Both the position numbers and the translations under genes were made by a program. Of a stretch of DNA of 48,663 nt, positions 8,761-18,149 are shown piece after piece. Position 1 is the first letter of the stretch. Each line of letters begins with the position of its first letter. The stretch comes from Deltaproteobacteria bacterium. GTDB lineage: Bacteria; Myxococcota_A; UBA796; SXON01. The notes under the pieces are model-generated. The model saw nothing but the letters and a program-made list of their open reading frames with translations. It did no database searches and had not been told where the DNA came from. The DNA is taken from assembly GCA_016875435.1 (NCBI GenBank), contig VGRE01000002.1:1-48663 (forward strand), written 5' to 3'.

Positions 8761-9669
8761 ATGTTCCCGACCCTCTACAAGATGCAGACGCCCATGGGCG
8801 AGCTGCCGTACAACACCTGGGGTCTGTTGCTCACGGTCGCGTTCTTCGCGGCCGCCTTCGTCGTCCACCGGCGCTCGGCCCGGGTGGGGATCGACCCAGA
8901 CAAGATGGTCGGGCTCTACGTGATCGCCATAGTCGCGGGCCTCGCGGGTGCGCGCCTTCTGCACTACCTCGGCGCCAGGGACACCGAGTTCTACGACAAC
9001 CCGATGGTCTACTTCGACCTTTCAAAGGGTGGATTTGCGGTCTTGGGGGGGGTCATCGGCGCGGCGGTGCTGGGCATCGTCTACGGCTTCGTCCGCGGCA
9101 TCCCCGTCCTGAAGATGGCGGATGTCGTGGCCCCTGCGGTCATCCTCGGCATTCGCGGCGGGCGTGTCGGCTGCTTCTTCGCGGGCTGTTGCCACGGGCG
9201 CACCGTGGAGTTGCCGGGAGGTGCCCTCGCGCTGCTGCCCGAGAGTTTCGGTGGCGGGCAGCTCTGGTTCGTGGCCGGACCCCCGTTCCTGCTGGAGCTC
9301 ACGCGGCACGGCGTGGGCACCAATGGCCAGGTGGTCCTCGCGACCCAAGTGTACGATGCCGTCGTACTCGCGGGGCTGTTCGCCGCGCTGAGCTGGCTCT
9401 GGCGCCGGCGCCTGTTCGACGGCCAGGTGTCGGGCACGGCGATGGTCCTCTACGGCATCTGGCGTCCGATTGTCGAGAGACTCCGCGGGGACGAGATCCG
9501 GGGCACCGATCATTTTGGCTCGTTGACCACGTCGCAGGTGGCGTCCATCGGGGTCCTCGTGGCCGGAGTCCTCCTGATGGCGGCCCGTTTCCGTCACGGC
9601 GTGGCACCCGAGACGCCCTTCGCGCCGACGGATGAAGACCTGACCAGCGGCTCGGCACCGCGGATCTAG
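8761..9669 (+). CDS. lgt: prolipoprotein diacylglyceryl transferase
   Basis: 302-aa polytopic membrane ORF with an Lgt-like N-terminus (PYNTWGLLLTVAFFAA), GRVGCFFAGCCHG and an YDAVVL segment. An alternative ATG lies a few codons downstream. Confidence 0.8.
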   Translation: MFPTLYKMQTPMGELPYNTWGLLLTVAFFAAAFVVHRRSARVGIDPDKMVGLYVIAIVAGLAGARLLHYLGARDTEFYDNPMVYFDLSKGGFAVLGGVIGAAVLGIVYGFVRGIPVLKMADVVAPAVILGIRGGRVGCFFAGCCHGRTVELPGGALALLPESFGGGQLWFVAGPPFLLELTRHGVGTNGQVVLATQVYDAVVLAGLFAALSWLWRRRLFDGQVSGTAMVLYGIWRPIVERLRGDEIRGTDHFGSLTTSQVASIGVLVAGVLLMAARFRHGVAPETPFAPTDEDLTSGSAPRI

Positions 9670-10676
9670 GGAGTCGCGTAGCGGTCGAGCCATGCCCCGA
9701 TGTGGGGGAACACGTCGTCGCCTGCCCGCTCGCCAAGCCCGAGGTCCACGTGGCCGTAGCCTGGCACCAACGTGAAGGAGCTCGGTCCGCCCATGGCCTG
9801 CACGAAGGCGCGCACCCACTCCGGTCGACCGATCTCGTCGCGCGACCCGGCGATGCCCAGCGTCGGGACGGTGACGCCGCCGAGCTCGGCTAGCCAGTCG
9901 CGCTGACCGTCCGCGCTCTCGAATCGCTCGTTATCGATCATCCGGCCAAGTTGCTGCATCTCCTCGCGGAACATCGGCGAGACGATCGCGCCCAGCAGCT
10001 TGCGCTCGGTCTCGCCGGAGAGGTTCTCGGTGTTGTAGATCCGCTCCTGCAGCCGCCCGGGCGTCAGGGGCCCGAGCGCTGCGGCAACGTCGGCGGCGAG
10101 CGGAGTCTCGAACCACCAGAGGGTCGCGCCGCCGGCCTTGAATCCTGCCGCGGCCAGCCCCACCAGGGGCGCGTCGCGCTCGAACGTGCCCGGGCTCCCC
10201 ACGAGGACCATTGCGCTGAGGTTTTCAGCGCCACCGAGCGCCGCGTAGATGCCGCCGACCATGCCCCCCATGCTGTGGCCGACGTAGGCAAGGCGGTGCC
10301 GGCCGGTGACCTCCTGGATGTGCTGTACTGCGGCCGCCACGTCGTGACGGCCGTAATCGTCGACGGTCCAGCCGCTCAGCTGCGGCGTGCCGTCGGCGTC
10401 TCGCCGCGCGAGCCCGTGGCCCCTGAGATCGAGCAGCCACGCGTCGTAACCGCGATCCACGAGCCAGCGCGCCAGAGAATGCTGGCTGTCGAGGTCCCAG
10501 AAGCGGTGATTGCTCGCGATCCCGTGGACGAGCAGCACGGCGGGTCCCCGGCCGGGGTGGTGGTGCAGCGCGATGGCAGCCCCGTCTGCCGTCTCCAACC
10601 AGGTGTTGGTGGCCAGCGGGCAGGCGTCGACGACGTCGAGTTCGGCGGTGCAGGCGAGGAGTAGCAGCGAGAGCAT
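9666..10676 (-). CDS. alpha/beta-hydrolase lipoprotein
   Basis: ATG at 10676 inside the 9666..11093 ORF. Lipobox MLSLLLLAC. Oxyanion VLLVHGIASNHRFW. Nucleophile elbow GHSMGG. Confidence 0.8.
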   Translation of the reverse strand: MLSLLLLACTAELDVVDACPLATNTWLETADGAAIALHHHPGRGPAVLLVHGIASNHRFWDLDSQHSLARWLVDRGYDAWLLDLRGHGLARRDADGTPQLSGWTVDDYGRHDVAAAVQHIQEVTGRHRLAYVGHSMGGMVGGIYAALGGAENLSAMVLVGSPGTFERDAPLVGLAAAGFKAGGATLWWFETPLAADVAAALGPLTPGRLQERIYNTENLSGETERKLLGAIVSPMFREEMQQLGRMIDNERFESADGQRDWLAELGGVTVPTLGIAGSRDEIGRPEWVRAFVQAMGGPSSFTLVPGYGHVDLGLGERAGDDVFPHIGAWLDRYATP

Positions 10677-10784
10677 CGGCGAAGCTCGCGCTGTATTTCG
10701 TGCCGCCTCGCAGAGCGAGCCGCTGGGACTCTGCCGCCTTCCCGGCGAGCGCGGTAGGGCGAGCGAACTCGCGGTCTCGCTACC

Positions 10785-12056
10785 ATGTTGCTCTGGGTCT
10801 CGTTCGCCCTCGCCCTCACGCTCGACGACGCTTGGCTTGCGACGGAGTCGAGGGGGCTCGACGCAGCCATGATCGAGGAACAGTACCGGATGAGCGCGAC
10901 GTCGCGCGTGGCTGCCTGGTCGCTGCTCTCCCCGAAGTTTGTCTTGCGGGGCAGCTACACCCGCAACGACGAGGAGATCACCTTCGACCCAAACGCGCTG
11001 ATCCCCGAGGAGTTCGCGTCGATCCTCGAGCCCAGCGAGCCACTGGTCATGCGAAAGTTGAGCTACTTTGATGCGAGCATGTCTATGGTACAACCTTTAT
11101 TCTCGCCGAGATCCGTGGCGACGGTGGTGGCGGCGGGACAGGGAACCCGCGCCGCCGCCGAGGACCGGGACGCGCAGCGCTCGATGCTCCGCGCGGGCGT
11201 GGCCCGCGCGTTCTGGGGCGCTCTGGTGGCGCGGGAGGCGGTTGCCATCTCGGGCGCGGCCGTGGCCAGCGCGGAGCGGCACCTGGACCTGGCGAAGCGC
11301 CGCGTGCTCGCGGGGAGCGCCTCGCGACAGGAGGAGCTGCAGGCCGAGTTGGCGCTCTCTCGCGCGCGTCGCGATCTGGCCGCGGCCGAGGAGTCTAGGT
11401 CTGTGACCGAGAACGTGCTGGGTGGTCTCACGGGGTGGACCGGGGGCGCCGACCTGGAGCCCCCCCGGCCGCGGATGTTCCCCTTCGAGAGCGTCGAGGC
11501 CGCGCTGGCCGCGTCGCTCGAGGGACGTCCCGATGTGCGCGCTGCGCGGTTTCGCGAGGCGGCGTCCCGGACTGCCAGCGTGGCGCAGGCGCTGGACTGG
11601 TTGCCAGCGATCGACGGGCGGTTCACCTACGCCTGGACGGAGAACACCAGCGCGTTCAATGACAAGACCGAGTTCTGGATGGTCGTCGTCGAGAGCGAGT
11701 GGGTGCTCTGGGACGGTGGCTACCGCGTGTCCGAGCAGCTGCGCTCGAACTCGCAGGCTCGCCTGGCGGCGCTTGCGAGTCGTGACGCCGAGGACAACGC
11801 CGAGCAGGACGTCCGCGCCACCTTCCTCGCGGCCGAGCGCGCGGGCGCGGCGCACCAGGCGGCGGAGCGAGAGGTGGCGCTTGCCGACGAGAACGCGCGC
11901 CTGGCCACGGTGGCGTTCGACGCGGGGTCGATCACGTTCCTCGACCTGGAGGACGCCCGGCTCGGCCTGCTGGCAGCCCGTTTCGCGGAGCTCCAGACCC
12001 GCGCGCAGCGCGAGCTGGCCATCGTGGCGTTGCTCGACGCGACGGGGAGACTATAG
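10785..12056 (+). CDS. TolC-family outer-membrane efflux protein
   Basis: 423-aa ORF with a signal-like N-terminus. It shows the two-repeat coiled-coil/beta layout typical of OEP/TolC (LTLDDAWLATESRGLD.., LDLAKRRVLAGSASRQEELQAELALSRARRDL.., LDLEDARLGLLAARFAE). Confidence 0.8.
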   Translation: MLLWVSFALALTLDDAWLATESRGLDAAMIEEQYRMSATSRVAAWSLLSPKFVLRGSYTRNDEEITFDPNALIPEEFASILEPSEPLVMRKLSYFDASMSMVQPLFSPRSVATVVAAGQGTRAAAEDRDAQRSMLRAGVARAFWGALVAREAVAISGAAVASAERHLDLAKRRVLAGSASRQEELQAELALSRARRDLAAAEESRSVTENVLGGLTGWTGGADLEPPRPRMFPFESVEAALAASLEGRPDVRAARFREAASRTASVAQALDWLPAIDGRFTYAWTENTSAFNDKTEFWMVVVESEWVLWDGGYRVSEQLRSNSQARLAALASRDAEDNAEQDVRATFLAAERAGAAHQAAEREVALADENARLATVAFDAGSITFLDLEDARLGLLAARFAELQTRAQRELAIVALLDATGRL

Positions 12057-12110
12057 CCGTCGCCAGCCGACTTGGCCGGCTCGAGGGGCTGTCGTAGGCT
12101 GGAAGCGTTT

Positions 12111-13133
12111 ATGCAGCATCCCATCGTCCATGTCGCGCATGCTGAGCTTCGCCAGGTGGCACGCGACGTCAACACCCTGCTGCTCACCGTCCTCTTCCCG
12201 CTGTTCCTCTTCCCGGGCGCTGTCTGGGGAATGACACAGGTTGAATCTATGCGCGAGGGCTGGGAGGAGGGTCTCCGGCCCCGCGTGACCGTGGAGGGCG
12301 ACGCCCGAGAGCCCCTCCCGGAGAACGTCGTCGAGGCAATCGACAGGCCCGCCGTGGCGCGGCTCACGTGGCGCGAGTCCGAGGTGGAGATCGCCTACCG
12401 CGCCTCCGATCCCGAGTCGGTGATCGCGCGCGACCGCCTCGTCGACGCGCTCGATGACCCCTGGCCCCTGGAGGTGCATGACGTGGCGCCACCTGGCGAG
12501 GCACTTTCCGTGGTGGTTGCCCGCGTCGTCCCCCTGATCCTCGTGGTCCTGAGCCTCTTCGCCTCGATGTACCCGGCGGTGGAGGCCGTGGTCGCCGACC
12601 GCGAGCGAGGCACGCAGGAAACCAGCCTCAGCACGGCGGCGCCACGCTGGGTGTTCCTCGCGGGCAAGCTGGTGGCGGTGGCCGCGATCACCCTGTTCGC
12701 GGTGTCCGCGTCAGTCCTGAGCGCCGCCGCCACGCTGGTACACGTGGCGGTGCTGGTGGGCGCTGAGATCGCCCTCGACCCCCTGCGCCTGCTCGCCATC
12801 TTCCCGCTCGCCGTGCTGACAGCCCTCTACGGCGCCTGCGTTTCACTGCTGGCCGCCGCCCCCACGCGATCGTTCAAGCAAGCTCAGAACACGGCCTCGG
12901 CCGCTGTCACTGCGGTGATGTTGCTCGCGCTCGTCGGCGTGCTCCCCCGCGCGGAACTCGGCTCGGGCCTCGGCTGGCTTCCGGTTTCGAACGCAGTTCT
13001 CGTCATGCGGGCCTGGCTGGAGGGCGAAACGCCCTGGGCCTGGACGGGCGTGGCCGCGGGCGAGTTGCTGCTCCTGGGCGTGGCGTCAGTCTGGCTTGCC
13101 ACGCGCTGGCTGCGACCGGGGAGCCTGGCGTGA
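12111..13133 (+). CDS. ABC-2 (NatB-like) transporter permease
   Basis: ATG at 12111. TM1, then a roughly 110-aa loop, then a multi-TM core with ADRERGTQETSLS (the ERGT-E motif of NatB-type permeases). Confidence 0.75.
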   Translation: MQHPIVHVAHAELRQVARDVNTLLLTVLFPLFLFPGAVWGMTQVESMREGWEEGLRPRVTVEGDAREPLPENVVEAIDRPAVARLTWRESEVEIAYRASDPESVIARDRLVDALDDPWPLEVHDVAPPGEALSVVVARVVPLILVVLSLFASMYPAVEAVVADRERGTQETSLSTAAPRWVFLAGKLVAVAAITLFAVSASVLSAAATLVHVAVLVGAEIALDPLRLLAIFPLAVLTALYGACVSLLAAAPTRSFKQAQNTASAAVTAVMLLALVGVLPRAELGSGLGWLPVSNAVLVMRAWLEGETPWAWTGVAAGELLLLGVASVWLATRWLRPGSLA

Positions 13134-13864
13134 TCGAAGTCGAGGGACTCACCCGGCGCTTCCACGACCGAGAGCTCGGGACGATCACCGCCGTGGACCA
13201 CGTGAACTTCCGTGCCGATCCCGGTGAGATTGTGGGCTTGCTCGGCCCCAATGGCGCTGGCAAGACCACCACCATGCGCATGCTCGCCACCCTGATCGCT
13301 CCCGACGAGGGCACGGCGAGGGTGAATGGCCTCGATGTCCGCCAAGACGCTGCCGAGGTGCGCCGGTCTATCGGCTACTTGTCGGCAAGCACCGGGCTGT
13401 ACGGGCGACTCACCGCCCGCGAAGTGCTCGAGTACGTCGCCAGGCTGCAGGGCTGTCCCGACGCCGCCGCTCGTGCCGACGCCCTCGTCGAGCGCTTCGA
13501 GATCGAGCGCTTCTCGCATGTCACGTGCGACCGGCTGTCAACCGGCATGAGACAGAAGGTCAACATCGCGAGGGCCCTGGTGCACGACCCGCCCGTGCTG
13601 ATCTTCGACGAGCCTACAGCCGGCCTCGATGTGCTCGTTGCGCAGCAGCTCTTCACCGTGCTCGAGGAGGCACGAGCTGCGGGCAAGTGCGTGCTGTACA
13701 GCACCCACATCATGGGCGAGGCGGAGCGGTTGTGCTCGCGCGTGGTCGTCATCCACGGCGGGCGAGTGCGGGCGGAGACAAGCATGGATGAGCTGCGTTC
13801 CCGCGCGCCCGACGGGCGCCTCGAGACCGCGTTCATCGACCTCGTCGCAGGTCCCTCGGCCTGA
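13130..13864 (+). CDS. ABC transporter ATP-binding protein (NatA-like)
   Basis: The GTG at 13130 overlaps the upstream TGA. Walker A GPNGAGKTT, signature LSTGMRQK, Walker B VLIFDEPTAGLD. Confidence 0.92.
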   Translation: MIEVEGLTRRFHDRELGTITAVDHVNFRADPGEIVGLLGPNGAGKTTTMRMLATLIAPDEGTARVNGLDVRQDAAEVRRSIGYLSASTGLYGRLTAREVLEYVARLQGCPDAAARADALVERFEIERFSHVTCDRLSTGMRQKVNIARALVHDPPVLIFDEPTAGLDVLVAQQLFTVLEEARAAGKCVLYSTHIMGEAERLCSRVVVIHGGRVRAETSMDELRSRAPDGRLETAFIDLVAGPSA

Positions 13865-15657
13865 TGCGCGCTCGGGCCGCGCTTGGCGACCTCGGCGTGG
13901 TGGTGCGCTTCGAGCTGTTGCAGCACCTGCGCGACCCCGCGACGATCGTCTTGATGCTGCTCGTGCCGCTCCTGGTGTACCCCCTCGCGGGCTGGGCGGG
14001 ACACCGGGCGCTTTCCAACATGGAGGCCGACGCCGAGGCGCGCGTGTTCGACGTGGCCGTCGAGCCGGCGGTCCCCTTGCCTGCGAACCTGTCGTCCAAG
14101 CCGCTGGACCCCTCGGCCACGGTCGTGGCCAGCGGCCAGGTCGACGCGGCGGCACGCGTGCGGGACGGGCGGGTCGAGCTCTGGTGGGACAGCCGTTCGC
14201 CCGACTCGGCCGACGCCCGGTCGCGGCTCAAGGCCGCGATCACCGAGCACCGGCGCTCGGAGGCCGCGTTGCGGGTGACGGTGCGCGACGAGGAGTCCGA
14301 GCGCGACGCCGCGAGGAGCCGCGCGGCCCGGTTCGCTCCTCTGCTGCTCCTGTTCACGCTGCTCTCCGGCGCGCTGTACACGGCGCTCGACGTCGTCACC
14401 GGCGAGCGGGAACGGGGCACGCTCGAGACCCTGATGGTCTCGACGCGGACCCGGGCGATCGTGGCTGCCGCCAAATTCCTCGTCGTGACCGCCTTCAGCC
14501 TGGTGTCGGCAGGCGTGTCCCTGGGGCTGGGCGCGGCAAGCCTCGCGGTCCTGGGCGGGTTGCGCCTGGCCGCTGGCGAGGTGGTGGGAACCGCGCTCTT
14601 GCTGGTTCCCCTCGCTATTCTCGTGGCCGCGATGGTGACTTTGGCCGCCGCCTGCGCCCCTGACTTCAAGTCGGGGCAGGTCCTGGCCCTGCCGGTGATG
14701 TTCGTGCCGCTGCTCCCGGCCTCGGTCGCGGCCTTGCCGGGCTTCCCCCTCACGCCCTTCACCGCCTTGCTTCCCCTCGGGGGCGCATCTCTGGCGATTC
14801 GGGCGGTCCTCGATGGTACCGCCTCGTGGCCCCTGGTGAGCCTGGCACTCGGCTCCACGACCGCGTACGCAGTGGCCGGGGTGTGGGCAACAGCGCGCCT
14901 CCTCGGCCGCGAGTCGGTCCTCCTGGCCGCGCGAGGCCCCGGCGAGCGCCGTGCGCGCGGCGACTTCCGCGTCGAGGCCCTGATCACCTTCGCGCTCGCC
15001 GCGCTCGCGCTGTGGTTTCTCGGCCAGGCGGCGCAGTCGCGACACATGCTCGGCGGGCTTGCCTTCACGCAGGTCGGCCTGTTCTTGCCCCTCGCGCTGC
15101 TGGCGCCTTGGTGGCTCGGCTTGCCGGTGCGCGAGCGCCTGCAACTGCACTGGCCCCCGTGGACGGAGTTGGCCCGGGGGCTGGTTGTCGGCCTGTGCTT
15201 GCCGGGCCTCGCGCTGACGGTGGGGCAATTGCAGGGCCTGGTGCTCGACGCGCCGTCGGGGCTGCTCGCTGGACTCCTAGAGCCGACGACGCCGATCTGG
15301 TGGAGCCTCTTGTGTCTCGCAGTCTTGCCGGCGATCTGCGAGGAGCTCCTGTTCCGCGGCGCGTTTCTTGGCCTGTGGCGGCGCCCGCCCGGCCGGTGGC
15401 AGGCGGTGCTCGCCACGGCGCTGGCCTTCGGCGCCATGCACGCGAGCATCTTCCGTCTTGCCCCGACCGCCGCCCTCGGCGTGGTGCTGGGCGCGCTGGC
15501 GCTGCGATCGCGCAGCGTGGTGCCGGGGATCGCCGCCCACGGGCTCAACAACGGCATCGCCGTGCTCGGTGGCTACGGCTTCTTGTCGCTCGAACCCGGC
15601 CCGGTCGCGTGGACCGGCGCCGCGGCGGCGCTGGTTCTCGGCCTTCGACGCGCCTAG
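13864..15657 (+). CDS. ABC-2 (NatB-like) permease fused to a C-terminal CPBP (CAAX/Abi) intramembrane protease domain
   Basis: TGATG overlap with the ATPase gene. N-terminal part has GERERGTLETLMVS plus a multi-TM core. C-terminal part has CPBP motifs ICEELLFRG (about 15335-15360), AFGAMHAS and AAHGLNNG. Confidence 0.85.
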   Translation: MRARAALGDLGVVVRFELLQHLRDPATIVLMLLVPLLVYPLAGWAGHRALSNMEADAEARVFDVAVEPAVPLPANLSSKPLDPSATVVASGQVDAAARVRDGRVELWWDSRSPDSADARSRLKAAITEHRRSEAALRVTVRDEESERDAARSRAARFAPLLLLFTLLSGALYTALDVVTGERERGTLETLMVSTRTRAIVAAAKFLVVTAFSLVSAGVSLGLGAASLAVLGGLRLAAGEVVGTALLLVPLAILVAAMVTLAAACAPDFKSGQVLALPVMFVPLLPASVAALPGFPLTPFTALLPLGGASLAIRAVLDGTASWPLVSLALGSTTAYAVAGVWATARLLGRESVLLAARGPGERRARGDFRVEALITFALAALALWFLGQAAQSRHMLGGLAFTQVGLFLPLALLAPWWLGLPVRERLQLHWPPWTELARGLVVGLCLPGLALTVGQLQGLVLDAPSGLLAGLLEPTTPIWWSLLCLAVLPAICEELLFRGAFLGLWRRPPGRWQAVLATALAFGAMHASIFRLAPTAALGVVLGALALRSRSVVPGIAAHGLNNGIAVLGGYGFLSLEPGPVAWTGAAAALVLGLRRA

Positions 15658-16649
15658 CCTCGCTCCGCGCGCCGCCCGCGCCCGGCGAGGTCGCGAAGTA
15701 CCTCGCCCACCGGCTTGTCCTCGTAGAGCATGGCATACACCTGCTCGGTGATGGGCATCTCGACCGCCTCGCGCTGGGCAAGCTGCCACGCGCTCCGCGC
15801 GGTGACCACGCCCTCGGCCACCTGGCCCAGCTCGTCGAGCACCTCCCGGAGCGAGCGTCCCTTTCCCAGACCGAGGCCGACACGACGGTTTCGGCTCAGG
15901 TCGCCGGTGCAGGTGAGCACGAGGTCGCCGAGGCCGGCGAGCCCCATCATCGTGAGCGGATTGGCGCCACGTTTCATCGCCACCCGCGAGATCTCGGCGA
16001 GCCCCCGGGTGATGAGCGCGGCGCGGGCGTTGGTGCCGAGCCCGGCGCCGTCCGACACGCCACAGGCGATGGCCATCACGTTCTTCAGGGCGGCGCCGAG
16101 CTCGACGCCCACGACATCGTCAGTGTCGTACACGCGGAAGAACCCGCCGTGCAGCGCCTCGGCCGCGGCGTGGTTGGCCACCGCGTCGCGACTCGCGACC
16201 ACCACTGCGGTGGGCATTCCGCTGGCCACCTCGCGCGCGAATGAGGGGCCGCCGAGCATGACGAGCGGTTGACGTGGAGGCAGGCCCTGCCCCAGGACCT
16301 CGTCCATGGTGTAGAGCGTGTCGACCTCGATGCCCTTGGTCGCGCACACCACGGGCGCCGAGCGTGGCAGCGCGCGGGCGAGCTCGGGGAGGATGGACCG
16401 GAGCGCGGTCGAGGGAACGGCCTCGATGCAGACATCGGCATCGTCGAGCGCGTGCTCCATGTGGCCGGTGACGGTCATGGCCTCGGGGAAGTCGAGTCCC
16501 GGCAGGTAGCGCGCGTTCTGCCGCTCGGCCTGCATGACCTCGGCACGCTCGGTGTTGTGGTCCCAGAGCCGAGCACGGTGTCCCACGCGGGCGGCCTGAA
16601 TGGCAAGGGCCGTTCCCCAGGAGCCCGCCCCGATGACGGCGACGTTCAC
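15654..16649 (-). CDS. gpsA: NAD(P)H-dependent glycerol-3-phosphate dehydrogenase
   Basis: 331-aa ORF. The GTG at 16649 overlaps the TGA of the upstream AAA gene (GTGA). Motifs VAVIGAGSWGTALA and GLGDLVLTCTGDLSRNRRVGLGLGKG. Confidence 0.92.
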   Translation of the reverse strand: MNVAVIGAGSWGTALAIQAARVGHRARLWDHNTERAEVMQAERQNARYLPGLDFPEAMTVTGHMEHALDDADVCIEAVPSTALRSILPELARALPRSAPVVCATKGIEVDTLYTMDEVLGQGLPPRQPLVMLGGPSFAREVASGMPTAVVVASRDAVANHAAAEALHGGFFRVYDTDDVVGVELGAALKNVMAIACGVSDGAGLGTNARAALITRGLAEISRVAMKRGANPLTMMGLAGLGDLVLTCTGDLSRNRRVGLGLGKGRSLREVLDELGQVAEGVVTARSAWQLAQREAVEMPITEQVYAMLYEDKPVGEVLRDLAGRGRRAERG

Positions 16650-18124
16650 GAGGCCTCCCAGTCGGCGAAGAAGGAGATTCGACGGGTATCAACCGAGGCC
16701 GGCCGCGCCCGGGGCCGAACCCAATCGCGCAGTTCCTTGAGCCGGTCGTCCATGGTCACGGCGAGGGGAATGCTGTCGCGCGCTACCCGCGCAAGGTCGT
16801 CCTGGCGCAGTTCGCGCTCGGCCGAGAAGGCCACGAACATGGCCGCGACGATTAGCTGCTCGAGCTCGGCACCAGAGAACTTGTCGGTTTCCTCGGCGAT
16901 CTGCAGGAGGTCGAACTGCTCGGGATCTCGTCCGCGTCGCCGCACGTGGATGTCGAGGATCTCCAGGCGCTCGTGGATGTTGGGTAGATCAACGAAGAAG
17001 ATCTCGTCAAAGCGTCCTTTGCGCAGGAGTTCGGGCGGGAGAGCGCGGACCTCGTTGGCCGTGGCCACCACGAAGACAGGCTTGGTCTTCTCCTGCATCC
17101 ACGTGAGGAAGGCCCCGAACACGCGGCCGCCGCCCTGGTCTTGCAGGAAGGCCTTCTCGATCTCGTCGATCCAGAGCACCGCGGGGGCAATCGACTCGGC
17201 GATGCGGATGGTGTCGCGCAAGCCCTCCTCGGCGCGCCCAGCGAACAGGGCCGCCACGTCCAGGCGCAAGAGCGGCACTCGCCAGAGGTCGGCCACGGCC
17301 TTGGCAGACAGCGACTTGCCGCATCCCTGGACGCCGAGGAGGAAGAGCCCCTTGGGCTCGGGCAGGCCGAAGTCGCGCGCGCGGTCGCTGAAGCCTGCCT
17401 GCCGCTGCCTCAACCAGTCCTTCAGGTTGCCGAGTCCGCCAATGTCGGCGGTACCGACCTCGGGACGGATGAACTCCAGGAAGCGCGACTTGCGCAGGAG
17501 CCTCGCCTTCTCGTCGATCAGGAGCGCGAGGTCGGTGGGCGCGAACCGGTTGCCATCGACCAGTAGGCGCGCGTAGGCCCGCTTGATCTCCTTCTCGGTC
17601 AGACCGAGCGATGCCGTGACGAAGGCATCGAACAGATCTGGGCGCAAGTCGATTTTTTGAGACTGCAGCAGGACCGCCAGGACTCTGGCGACCTCCTTGC
17701 GCGCGGGCAGCGGCACGTCGAGCACGGCAAAGTCCTTCTCGAGCTCCTGCGGGATGACGAGCGTCGGCGCCAGTACGAGGACGGCCTGGCGCCTGGCGCC
17801 AAGATCGGGCTCCAGGTCCCGGAGGCGTCGAGTGACCGTGGCGTCGCCGATGCATGCGTGGAGATCCTCGAACACGAACAGCGCCGGTCCTTGGATTCGG
17901 CTGACGCGCTCGAGCGCCGCGACCGGGTCGCGGGTGGCGGGCTCGTCGGCCAGATCGTCGCCACGCAGGCCCGTGGTATGCCGCCAGCGGTAGCACGCGA
18001 GCCCGTTCTGGGCGCACATGCGCTCGATACCGCGTTCCACTCTCTCCTCCTCGGGCGAGAGCGCGTAGAGCAAGGAGTAGCGGGCCGCGAGCATGTGGGG
18101 AATGCGCGCGAGGACCTCGTCCAT
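16646..18124 (-). CDS. AAA+ ATPase (classic-clade AAA module with a long N-terminal domain)
   Basis: ATG at 18124 (MDEVLARI) inside the 16646..18649 ORF. Walker A LLGVQGCGKS, Walker B VLWIDEIEK, and ATANEVRALPPELLRKGRFDEIFFVDLP. Confidence 0.85.
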   Translation of the reverse strand: MDEVLARIPHMLAARYSLLYALSPEEERVERGIERMCAQNGLACYRWRHTTGLRGDDLADEPATRDPVAALERVSRIQGPALFVFEDLHACIGDATVTRRLRDLEPDLGARRQAVLVLAPTLVIPQELEKDFAVLDVPLPARKEVARVLAVLLQSQKIDLRPDLFDAFVTASLGLTEKEIKRAYARLLVDGNRFAPTDLALLIDEKARLLRKSRFLEFIRPEVGTADIGGLGNLKDWLRQRQAGFSDRARDFGLPEPKGLFLLGVQGCGKSLSAKAVADLWRVPLLRLDVAALFAGRAEEGLRDTIRIAESIAPAVLWIDEIEKAFLQDQGGGRVFGAFLTWMQEKTKPVFVVATANEVRALPPELLRKGRFDEIFFVDLPNIHERLEILDIHVRRRGRDPEQFDLLQIAEETDKFSGAELEQLIVAAMFVAFSAERELRQDDLARVARDSIPLAVTMDDRLKELRDWVRPRARPASVDTRRISFFADWEAS

Positions 18125-18149
18125 GTGCCAATGGTATCGCACCGGATAG

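Noticed and set aside
13375-15557. 617-aa and 574-aa minus-strand ORFs over the ABC genes
   Set aside because: They are antisense to an ATPase with Walker motifs and to the permease-CPBP fusion. Their composition is R/G/P/Q-rich and unlike real proteins.
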